A DNA stretch of 64,000 nucleotides, from the NCBI GenBank assembly GCA_000004695.1, contig CM000153.2:4832001-4896000 (forward strand), read 5' to 3'. Positions 52,271 through 63,600 of the stretch are shown here, piece by piece (position 1 is the stretch's first letter; the number at the start of each line of letters is the position of its first letter). The notes beneath the pieces were generated by a model, which saw nothing but the letters and a program-made list of their open reading frames with translations, was not told the origin of the DNA and made no database searches. The DNA comes from Dictyostelium discoideum. Taxonomy: Eukaryota. The translations under genes were made by a program, and so were the position numbers.

Positions 52271-53048
52271 TTTGAATTGGTTTATTTTTTTTATGTATTG
52301 GAATTTATATATATATAATTTGTTTTTATATTGATTATAATTTTTTTTTTTTTTATTATTACTATTTTTTTTTTTATTCTCAATTTATACTAAAAAAAAT
52401 TATTTTTATTATTTTTTTTTTAATTTTCAAATATTTAGTATTAACACGTTGGTAAGAAACTTAATTTTTTTTTTCTAAACCATTGTTTTTTAAAAAAAAA
52501 AAAAACCAAGATTTATTTTTGATTTTTACTTGAAAAATGCAAGCAAAGCAATTTTATTTTTTTTTTTTTTTTTTTTTCTTGGAGAAATCTTTGATTGAGA
52601 AATTTACAATGACAAACTTTTTTTGTTATTTGAAAAATAAAATAAGGATTATTATTACTTAAAAAAACAAGAAAATTTATATATTTTTTTTTTTTAAAGA
52701 TAGTTTTACCAGGAGAAAATTTAAAATTAAAATATGGAAACAATAGAATTTTTAATATTGAAATTCGATGCGATTGTAGATAATACTAATTGATTTCATT
52801 TCATTTTTTAAGTTAGAAATTTAGTTAGTTTCCTAATATTATTTTAAATTCCATTTTAAAAATTAAATATTTCTTATGATTAATTATTTAAACTATGCAC
52901 AAAAAAGTTAATTTGTAAATTTAATGTTAGTAATATTTTAGATGATTAGATTTTTTATTTTATAATTTTGAACATATCATAAACGAATGTTAATTTTAAT
53001 GAGAGTGTGGAAAATTAATTTAATTTATTTATTTGTTTTTTTTGTTTT

Positions 53049-53492
53049 TTATATAGCTAACATTGAGAGTAAAACAGAGGCAGCAAGAGCAAAACTAGCA
53101 CCAATTCTGGTAGAATCAGAAGAGTCAGACTCTGAAGAGTTTGTTTTATCTGGAACACAAACAACTGAGTATGTTGTAGTACCAATTGCAACTTTTGATT
53201 TACCATCTACACAAGTGAATTCATTTGAAGAAGTAGGAGTTGCAGCACATTTTGTATCTTGAGCACCAAATTGATTAAATGTAAACTTTGAAGTTGAACC
53301 GGTCACTGGTAATACATTAAGAATTGAACCACAAGCAGATTGGCAAGTATTAACCTTTAATTCAACTGGTGTTGTTACACATGGAGAGTTGGCATCTGAA
53401 TTTGTAACTTGAAAATTTGAGAAAGTTTCAGCTGCGTTTGAAGAAGCAAAAACTGCAACAATTAATAATAATAATGATTTGGTAAATTTCAT
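53049..53492 (-). CDS. PsA/ponticulin-like GPI-anchored protein, copy 2
   Basis: Same 147-aa ORF. Variants: K6S, AVFASS, SDANS, tail 'FALAASVLLSMLAI'. Confidence 0.7.
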   Translation of the reverse strand: MKFTKSLLLLIVAVFASSNAAETFSNFQVTNSDANSPCVTTPVELKVNTCQSACGSILNVLPVTGSTSKFTFNQFGAQDTKCAATPTSSNEFTCVDGKSKVAIGTTTYSVVCVPDKTNSSESDSSDSTRIGASFALAASVLLSMLAI

Positions 53493-53594
53493 TTTTCTAT
53501 TTGATTTTTTTTATTGGGATTTATTTGTATGGTATAATTTGTTTTTTTTTAATTCTTATTTTTTTTAAAATGTTCTATTTATACTCAAAATCAG

Positions 53595-53629
<35 letters not shown>

Positions 53630-54229
53630 TTTTAAATGTTAGGTATTAACACGTTGGTAATAAACTTTTTTTTATTTTTCATCTTGAATTTCAAAAAAAA
53701 AAAAAATCCAAGATTTGTTTTCGATTTTTAATTGAAAAATGCTAGCAAAGCAAATTATTTTAAATTATAAAGAAACTAACAAACTGAATTTTATTTAAAA
53801 GTAGTGTTGAAAATTATATTTCTTATAAAAAAAAATAAAAATTAAAAAAATAAATAATTCGAGATCATTTTTATTAATTATTTTTTTATTTCACTAATAT
53901 TTTTAGTTTTTTTTTTTTTTTATTTTTTTTTATTTAATTATTTATTTAAATTAAATGAGTTTAAATCCCTATTCAACAAGAAAATTAAACTAAAATGAGT
54001 TTTTTAGTTTATATAATAAATAAATTTGAAAAATAATATAGTCACCCATTCCACCAATCATAACCTCGAATATTTACAAACAACATTATCCAGGAATAAA
54101 TCAGATAAAATTTTGAAAGATAATTTAAAAATAACTTTTTATGGAATATTCCATTTTAATAATTGTTAAAACTATGGACATATATTTCACATGATTATAT
54201 ATTTTTTTTTTATTTATTTTATTTGTTTT

Positions 54230-54673
54230 TTATAAAGCTATCATTGAGAGTAAAGCAGCGGCAGCAAGAGCAAAGCTAGCACCAATTCTTGTAGAATCAG
54301 AAGAGTCAGACTCTGAAGAGTTTGTTTTATCTGGAACACAGACGACTGAATATGTTGTACTACCAATTGCAACTTTTGATTTACCATCTACACAAGTGAA
54401 TTCATTTGAAGAAGTAGGAGTTGCAGCACATTTTGTATCTTGAGCACCAAATTGATTAAATGTAAACTTTGAAGTAGAACCAGTTACTGGTAATACATTA
54501 AGAATTGAACCACAAGCAGATTGGCAAGTATTAACCTTTAATTCAACTGGTGTTGTTACACATGGAGAGCTAGCTTCTGAATTTGTAACTTGAAAATTTG
54601 AGAAAGTTTCAGCTGCGTTTGAAGAAGCAAAAACTGCAACAATTAATAATAATAATGATTTAGTAAATTTCAT
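54230..54673 (-). CDS. PsA/ponticulin-like GPI-anchored protein, copy 3
   Basis: Variants: SEASS, GSTTY, tail 'FALAAAALLSMIAL'. Confidence 0.7.
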   Translation of the reverse strand: MKFTKSLLLLIVAVFASSNAAETFSNFQVTNSEASSPCVTTPVELKVNTCQSACGSILNVLPVTGSTSKFTFNQFGAQDTKCAATPTSSNEFTCVDGKSKVAIGSTTYSVVCVPDKTNSSESDSSDSTRIGASFALAAAALLSMIAL

Positions 54674-54973
54674 TTTTGTTTTTGATTTTTTTTATTGGAA
54701 TTTATTAATATGGTATAATTTGTTTTTAAATATATATTTTTTTTTTTTATAATTTTTTTTTTTTTTCAAAGTGTTCTATTTATACTCAAAAAATTTTCAA
54801 TAATTTATTTTATTTTTATTTATTTTTTTTTATTTTCAATTATTTGGTATTAACACGTTGGCAATAAACCTATTTTTATTTTTCATCCAGGATTTTAAAA
54901 AAAAAAAATAAAAACCAAGATTAGTTTTTGATTTTTACTAGAAAAATGCAAGCAAGGCAAATTTTATTTTTTA

Positions 54974-55009
<36 letters not shown>

Positions 55010-55441
55010 CGTGATGAAATCTTTGATTAGGCAAATATAAAATGAGAAACTTTTTATTTTATCTGAAAAACAAAATTAAGACTTTATTACTTGAAAAAAA
55101 CAAAACAGTATTATTTTTAGTTTTTTTTTATTTTTTTTATTTTTTTTTTTTTTTGTTGTAAAAATTAAAATATAATTATACCAAAACCCAAAAAAGGTTT
55201 AAAATTAATTAGATTGTTTTTTAAAATAATATTCCTTTTTAATTTCCTTAAATTGAAATCAAAAAATTTCTTTTTTAAACAGTATAATTTTTTATTATTT
55301 ATTGTTAAAATTGTGAGCGAATTTATAAATTAAATATTTTTTATTTTTTAAGTATGAAAATATTTTTAATTTTATAACTTTTCAAAAGCAAAAAGTAAAA
55401 TGAAATTGTTTTAAATAACTAATAATAATAAAATATATTAT

Positions 55442-55885
55442 TTATAAAGCTAACATTGAGAGTAAAGCAAGGGCAAAAAGAGCAAAGCTAGCACCAATTC
55501 TGGTAGAATCAGAAGAGTCAGACTCTGAAGAGTTTGTTTTATCTGGAACACAAACAACTGAGTATGTTGTACTTCCAATTGCAACTTTTGATTTACCATC
55601 TACACAAGTAAATTCATTTGAAGAAGTAGGAGTTGCAGCACATTTTGTATCTTGAGCACCAAATTGATTAAATGTAAACTTTGAAGTTGAACCGGTCACT
55701 GGTAATACATTAAGAATTGAACCACATGCAGATTGGCAAGTATTAACCTTTAATTCAACTGGTGTTGTTACACATGGAGAGTTGGCATCTGAATTTGTAA
55801 CTTGAAAATTTGAGAAAGTTTCAGCTGCGTTTGAAGAAGCAAAAACTGCAACAATTAATAATAATAATGATTTAGTAAATTTCAT
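55442..55885 (-). CDS. PsA/ponticulin-like GPI-anchored protein, copy 4
   Basis: Variants: AVFASS, SDANS, GSTTY, tail 'FALFALALLSMLAL'. Confidence 0.7.
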   Translation of the reverse strand: MKFTKSLLLLIVAVFASSNAAETFSNFQVTNSDANSPCVTTPVELKVNTCQSACGSILNVLPVTGSTSKFTFNQFGAQDTKCAATPTSSNEFTCVDGKSKVAIGSTTYSVVCVPDKTNSSESDSSDSTRIGASFALFALALLSMLAL

Positions 55886-56131
55886 TTTGTATTTGATTTT
55901 TTTGTTGGAATTTATTTATATGGTATAATTTGTTTTTAAATATATTTTTTTTTATTATTTTTTTTTTTTAAAATGTTTTATTTATACTCAAAAAAATTAT
56001 TTTTTTTTATTTTTCAAATATTTGGTATTAACACGTTGGTAATAAACTTTATTTTACTTTTCATCCTTGATTTCAAAAAAAATAAAAACCAAGATTTGTT
56101 TTCGATTTTTAATTGAAAAATGCAAGCAAAG

Positions 56132-56163
<32 letters not shown>

Positions 56164-56588
56164 CATGATGAAATCTTTGTTTATGCAAGTTTAAAATTAG
56201 AAACTTTTTTATTTTATCTGAAAAACAAAATTAGGACTACTATTACTTGAAATAAAATACCATTTTATTATTTTTTTTTTTAAACATATTTTGGTTGTAG
56301 TAAATTTAAAAATAAAATATATTAAAAAACAAATCAAGGTATAAAATTAATATTATACTATTTTTTAAATAATATTCCGTTTTTTTCCTTAAATTATTAT
56401 CAAAAATTGCTTTTTTTAAATTCGTATAATTTTTTATTATTTATTATCAAAACTGTGAATTTTTCATATTTTTATTTTTTTATAATTTTATAACTTATCA
56501 CAATTTTTCAAAAACAAACTATCCAATGAAATTGTTTTAATTAATTAATCTTAATAAAATATATTATTTTTTTTATTTGTTTTATGTT

Positions 56589-57032
56589 TTATAAAGCTAA
56601 CATTGAGAGTAAAGCAAGGGCAAAAAGGGCAAAGCTAGCACCAATTCTGGTAGAATCAGAAGAGTCAGACTCTGAAGAGTTTGTTTTGTCTGGAACACAA
56701 ACAACTGAGTATGTTGTAGTACCAATTGCAACTTTTGATTTACCATCTACACAAGTGAATTCATTTGAAGAAGTAGGAGTTGCAGCACATTTTGTATCTT
56801 GAGCACCAAATTGATTAAATGTAAACTTTGAGGTAGAACCAGTTACTGGTAATACATTAAGAATTGAATCGCATGCAGATTGGCAAGTATTAACCTTTAA
56901 TTCAACTGGTGTTGTTACACATGGAGAGCTAGCTTCTGAATTTGTAACTTGAAAATTTGAGAAAGTTTCAGCTGCATTTGAAGAAGCAATAATTGCTACA
57001 ATTAATAATAATAAAGAATTATTTAATTTCAT
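56589..57032 (-). CDS. PsA/ponticulin-like GPI-anchored protein, copy 5
   Basis: Variants: MKLNNS…AIIASS, SEASS, 'ACDSILN' (G>D), tail 'FALFALALLSMLAL'. Confidence 0.7.
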   Translation of the reverse strand: MKLNNSLLLLIVAIIASSNAAETFSNFQVTNSEASSPCVTTPVELKVNTCQSACDSILNVLPVTGSTSKFTFNQFGAQDTKCAATPTSSNEFTCVDGKSKVAIGTTTYSVVCVPDKTNSSESDSSDSTRIGASFALFALALLSMLAL

Positions 57033-57567
57033 TTTTGTTTTTTAAAATAATATTTTTTTTTATAATTTTTCTTTTTGATTGGTGCTCTATTTATACTTAA
57101 AATTTTTATTTCTATTTTTTTATTTTTGGTATTGACACGTAGTTGAAGTTTATTTTTATCTCTAAATCCTGGTTTTTTAAAAAAAAAGATTAGTTTTCGA
57201 TTTTTACTTGAAAAATGCTAGCAAGGCAAATTATTTTAAACACGCTTATATTATTTTTTTTTTTCTTTATAATGAAATCTTTGATATGAAAATTATAAGG
57301 AGAAACTTTTTATTTATTTGAAAGTTGTTTTTTTTTCAATTTTACATTTTTATTTTATTAATGGTTTGAGACAATTCACAATTAAAAAACTAATAATAGA
57401 AAAAAAAAAATCCAGCCAAAAAAAAAAAAAACAAATAAAAAGCTACACAAAAAAGATTATTTTTTAAATTATATATTTTATTATAATTTTTTTTTTTTTT
57501 TTTATTCTTTATACATATAAAACTATTAAATGTATAAAAGAGATAATATTATGATTATTTTGGTTTT

Positions 57568-57602
<35 letters not shown>

Positions 57603-57608
57603 AATTAA

Positions 57609-60600
57609 CTAATATTTAATAGAGGAAGAATTTGATAAATTTGGATTATTATCATGGAATTTTTTCAAAGCATGAGATAATTTCATATTTAATAACATGT
57701 TTACATTAGGATCATCGACTGGAATTACTTTAGATTTAACATCGCGATCTAATAAACCAAGATTTTGAGGTGGGTCAAATTCTAAAAGAACACCATCATC
57801 TACCATTTCATTTGATTTAATGAATTTGAAAGGAATTTGGAAGAGGAAAGAACTATGTAAGAAATTCTTTTTAGATTTTGATAAGATAATTCTATGATCA
57901 GAGATGATGATGGTACATTCTTGATTGATGATATGATGCCAAATGTAACTATCAGAAGCATGTTTACCTTTGTGAGCGGTTTTCAAAAGGAACCAACCTT
58001 CACTTTCAACTTCATCGAATGGACGTAAAACGTTATCATGAGAAAAGCATCTTGGAGGACGAACACGTTCTGCTTGACTTTGAAGATTTGTAGTGTTTTT
58101 AATACCTTCGGTTGTTTTAGTTGCTAAATCGATTACGGCGGTAGTTGGTTTAACTGCAACACCTACAACACCTTGAGCTAAACCTTTGGCAAAACCTGCG
58201 AAACCACCTTTCTTTGCACCTTCAACTGGTTTTGTAACGATACCTGTAATACCTTGAAGAATACCACGACCCAAACCAATACCACCCATTGCTAAACCTT
58301 CACCAACATGGGAAGGTTTACGAGCTTGATGTAATTTTCTTTCTTGAAGATATTTTTCATCAAATGAAAGAGTTGCAACACCAGTACCCAAAGTACCGGT
58401 TAACTTTGACAAAGTATTGAAAGTACCAAATACAGAGTTCTTTACAAAACTACTTGTACCTTTTGCTAAACCTTTAGTGAAGTCTGCTGGTGATTTAACT
58501 AAACCTTGAGCTGGCTCTACGAAAAAGTCATGAACACCAGTACCGAAATTTCTAAACAAACCAACAGGATTACCAAGGAAATCGACAGAACCTAAAATGT
58601 TATAAAATTGTCTGAGAGCTTGTTGAATGTATGATGTTTTAATCTTATCAATGATAGTTGATCTTGAAGTGAATGGATGTTCCATTAATAAACCTTGTAA
58701 TGTAATTGGTGCACGATCTAATCTTGTCAATGATAAACCTAAACCTTCAACCAATGATAAAATCTTATGATTGGATTTAATTAAACCATCATTTTGGAGA
58801 GCTAAAGTTAAATTGATCTTTATTGGATTCAAAACTAATAATGCGAAATAAACCATTTTAATTGTTGAAGAATCTGAAGTTGGTGGTTCAATTGAGACAG
58901 CATTATATAGTGTTGATGTTAAACTATCAAGACCACTACCACTTTGTCTCATTTGACTACTTGTCATTCCATTATTATTATTATTATTTGAAGCATTATT
59001 TCCACGACCAAATGATGGAATTGAATCAACGAAATCTAAAACTTCTTTAATCCAATGATCTTCGAGTTCAATTGTCATCTCTTGAATTAAAGTTGAAAAG
59101 TATCTAAAGTAATCAATATTATCAATGGTAGATTTAATGATAACAGCATGTAAAAAGTCTTTTCTATGTTCTTTATCTGGTGAAACTGTATGAATGAGTA
59201 CAGGGAAATCTGTTTTAATCAATTGATTATCAATTTGTAACTCTGCTAATTTAACCTCAACCGTATTTTCAATTGAACTTTGAGTTGCAATGATAAGGAA
59301 ATCTTTCATTGAAATGTAAGCCAATTCCTTTGGTGTCTTATCGATAATTGAACAACCAATACCAGAGCAACGAATATTGAAATGATATTCACTCTGTGAT
59401 TGTGATAAATTGACAGCTTTATTATCGGTCCAAGCTTTAATTGAACGGAATTTCTTTTCATTGGTAGAGAAGAGTAATACACGAGATGGACCATCGATTG
59501 TAATTGTAATGTAGAGATCAGTACGTTCATGTTGAAGTTTATAACCTTTAATCTTATTGACATTGATACGCTTTTTCAATGTTTTACCCTCTACAGCGAC
59601 AGAGAGAACATATTCTGCAGATGGTTCATCCCAACCATAGCAAAGCTTTTCTTTTGGTTCAATATAATCGATATTCTCTGGTGAATCACGTTGGAAGAAT
59701 GAGATTTTGAATTGAGTATCATTTTGAATGATATAAGGTGGACTTTCTTTACTTGAAAGTGGAATTCTAATGAAATGAGTACCTTGTTTCTCTTTGATAT
59801 TCACATGGAATAAGAGAGAATCGTGATCAGGACGTTCGGTATTTCTACTCTTTACAACGTAATCACTAATGGAATCAACAAAGAAACCACCTGACCAACG
59901 CCATTCTTGAGGATTCTTTTCATTGGTAATTGGTCTAATTGAAATCTTTTTATTTTCAACATTCTCTTCCCAATGGAATGGTTTATATTCACCAGGATCT
60001 AATCTTAGTTCACCTAGTAATCTAACAGGATTTGAAACACCTTTACCATTACTACCTGAACTACTACTCAAACCACTACCACTGAAATTGAGTGCCATCT
60101 TATCGATACCATCGATAGTACTAACACATTGAGCAACTAGAATTGGGAATGGTAAATCATTGCAAATTACATTCTTTGGTACAAAAGTGACGGTTTTAGA
60201 GAGACGGAATCTTTCATTTGGACAGAAATCAACTTTGTATGAGAGTTCATAAGTACGAGTTGGGTTTGTTAAAAAGATAGTATTTGGATTACCAACTGCA
60301 GAGATTGGGAATTTCTCACAGAAACTCTTATTCATTGGTTGTTCAGCTTGTAATGGAATACGAGCACGAATTGTGTTGTTACTATAGAGCACTGGTGGTC
60401 GTGGTAATTGATCTGGTAAATTGGGTGGTACCAATAGTACTTGATTATCGGATAACTTGACTTCAATTGGTAAGAGGGAATTATTGACTAACCAATATTG
60501 ACAATAAAATGATAGAGTACGAACGCCTTTAATCAATTCGGTACGTTCAATATCCAATGAAATTTCACGATTGTTTTGTTGAAGTTTGAATGTTTTTGTA

Positions 60601-63600
60601 AAAGTTGGAGAGGTTGCATCACCTGATACCAAGGTATGTTTAGTTTCTGGGAAATTCTCTAATTCACTTACGATCGCCACTAAATTTGAACCTGGTTGAT
60701 AGTAATGACAATCGATTTTCTCACCTGATCCCATGTTAACCTTATCAATGGTTGTACCTGGGATTGAGAGTTTAAATGGATATGGTAAAATGTTTTCAAT
60801 TTGAATGGGTGGGAAGAATTTAAAGGTATTATTGAAACGATCACAATTTCTATTGGCAATGGTTTTATGAACCAATGATACAAACATACCAACTTTATCC
60901 ACTGTTTGAAGTTTAAAGAGTTTACTATTTTCATGATCTGGTAATTTGTAAATATCGATTGGATCGGACCAATATGGTGAATTCTCTAACTTTATCCAAA
61001 ACTTGCAAAGATCCTTTGAGACTAAAATTGGTAAAGAGAATTTAGAATGTTTAGCGATTGAAAAGGGTGAACCATTCTCTTGACATTTCAATTCCAAATT
61101 TAATGATGTATTATTTTCAAATTGATCCATTGATTTAATGTAACAACATTTACTGCCATCAGGACGTAAACGTACTTCACAAGTGATGAATTCATTGGTT
61201 GAACCAATTCTATAGATTCTATAACCAACTGCATCCATTGATAGATTTGAAATCTTTGAGCCTTGAATAAATAATTCTATATTCAAATGTTCACCCATTG
61301 TTGCATCTCTACTCTTTGAAATTTTCATTGGTAATGATACTGGTTCCGATGATTCTGTCAATTGGAACATTTCACTATCAACCTTTGGAATATGATATTC
61401 TAATGTTACACCAGTTTGATTTGAAATCCAATGAGAATGGAATGAAATTTTACTATCATTCTTTTCACCACCTGGTAAATATTTATTTAAAACACTTGGT
61501 CCATTAAATGATTGAACTAAACCGCTACCACTGGTACTACTATTATTACTACCTGTTGAAGTTGTTAAATTTGATGCATTCAATGATGAACTTAAGTTTG
61601 CTGCATCCATTTGATCAATTTTCTCCACATGAATCATTGCACTACTAATAGTTTGAAGTAATGAATGTGAGACATTGATATTTAATAATTCACGAGTTGC
61701 CAAGAAACTACCTTTAATCTTACCGGTACGATTCTTTTTCAAATCGACAGAGAAACTCCAATCTTCAATAACTGGTTCAAATTTCATATTAGTTTCATTG
61801 AAATAATCACCTTTAATTGACATTGAAGCCTTTGATTCTAAATCTGTGCTCCAATTCATTGCACTTGCTTCAATATCTGCAAAGAATAATTCTATAATTG
61901 GTATATACATTTCTGGTGATTCATTAATAAATAAAACACTAACATTTGGACATGAGAATCTTAATTTTTCATTATTTGTAAATAATTCTTCATCTTTTTT
62001 ACCACTATTACTATTACCAGATGTTGAAGTTTGGAATGAATTTGTTGATTTATTTAATGATGGTAATGAAGTTGAACTTGAAGCCATATTATCAAATGAT
62101 AATTGTCTCTTCTTTTGTTGTTCTTGTTGTTTTTGTAGATTTGTTGTAATATTATTTAAAATCTTTAAGATTGCTTTTACATCATCATAAGAGAAGAAAA
62201 CTTTCATAGCGGTACAAGAGATACCAATATCTTGTTTCCACTCGGTTGAAGTTAAATTCTCTTTAATATATTTAATGGTGATCATTTCAATTGGTTTCAA
62301 AATTTGAATTGGTCTTGAACCTTGATTTTCAGATTCTGTTGAAGATGGTTTATAAATGTTAACTTTAGTATTTTCAATGACAACTGTAGCATTTTCAATA
62401 CCATGTGGATCTCTACGGAATTGTACACCAACACGAGTTTTCAACATTAAACATCTTGTAGTTGATAATGTTTCATCTTCAACCAATGTAACTGATGGTA
62501 CTAAAGTTGCTGTGAATGTAATGGTTGGTGATCTAAATATTTCTTTCTCTTCTTCATCTTCCATACCTGCTTCTTGTGGATATGATGATAATGAATTATT
62601 TGATATTGATGATGAAATTGTTTTAGATTCTTTACCACCAATTGATGAAGTTCTACTTCTATTTTGACCAATAATTGATTGTGATCTTACTTTTTGTTGT
62701 TGTTGTTGTTGAGATGGAATAAATGATGATGATGATGATTGTTGTTGTTGTTGTTGAAGATCATTATCATCTTTTTCAATTGATGGATCCATTAATGAAT
62801 TTAATTCACTTTCTAAACTTTCCAAATCTAAATCTAAATCAACATCCATATTATTTGTATCATGTTGTTCTGATAATGGTACCATAAAGAATTCAGAAAT
62901 CATTAAGAGAGGAGTTGGCGAAAGGAATAAACAAGTGTTATTAATATTGACATTAATATATTGATCACCCAAAAGATTATCACGAATATAACCAACTTGA
63001 AGGAATGGTGCAACTGATTCAGTGTTTACTTTATTCTCTAAGAGGTTCTTAAAGATATTGGTTGAATTTGAACGAGTATCAGAGAGTAAAATTGATTTCA
63101 TACTTAATTGAATGTTTGTTTTATTCTTATCGGTATTCTTTACATCGACATCAATGCCACGAACGATGAAATGAGCTATTTCACCTTGAGCATCCAATGA
63201 ACTAATCTTGAAACTAACATAGTCCAATACCAAATGAATACGTAATAAAACTTTACCCATTTTTTGAATAACCTCTTGTTCTGTGAAATATTGCATATCA
63301 TTAGAAGTAATACGACCCATTTCAAAAGGATCACCCATATTTGAAAGTTTTTTAATTTCTTGAACCTCTTTATTTGCAAGATCCAATTCTTTTTGTACAT
63401 TTTGACTTAAACCCAAAAAGAAACGATATTGATTTTCATCCAAATAGAAAGCGAAATGAGAAATTGATAAATCAATAGTTTGATCCTCAACTTCTGGATC
63501 AGTATTTGGTACCAAGAATTTTGAGATACCTAAATCAATTGTTAACTTCTCCAAGAAGTAACTTGATCTATTATCGGATAAAATGGTGATATTTGCATCT

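Larger units (their letters stand above)
51800..57300. repeat. Tandem array of five ~1.2-kb units (starts ~51827, 53049, 54230, 55442, 56589). Each unit carries one PsA-like gene plus a conserved 5' flank.
   Basis: Near-identical 444-bp ORFs. Conserved flank blocks 'ggtattaacacgttgg.aa.aaac' and 'ccaagattt.ttttcgattttta.ttgaaaaatgc.agcaa.gcaa' recur at ~52440/52510, 53640/53710, 54850/54920, 56025/56090 and 57130/57195. Confidence 0.9.

Noticed and set aside
51816-56802. Plus-strand ORFs of 72–91 aa ('…KARAKRAKLAPILVESEESDSEEFVLSGTQTTEYVVVPIATFDLPSTQVNSFEEVGVAAHFVS'), conserved in every 1.2-kb unit
   Set aside because: They are the antisense mirror of the PsA-like genes. They are conserved only because the sense strand is, and they have no signal, start context or independent support.
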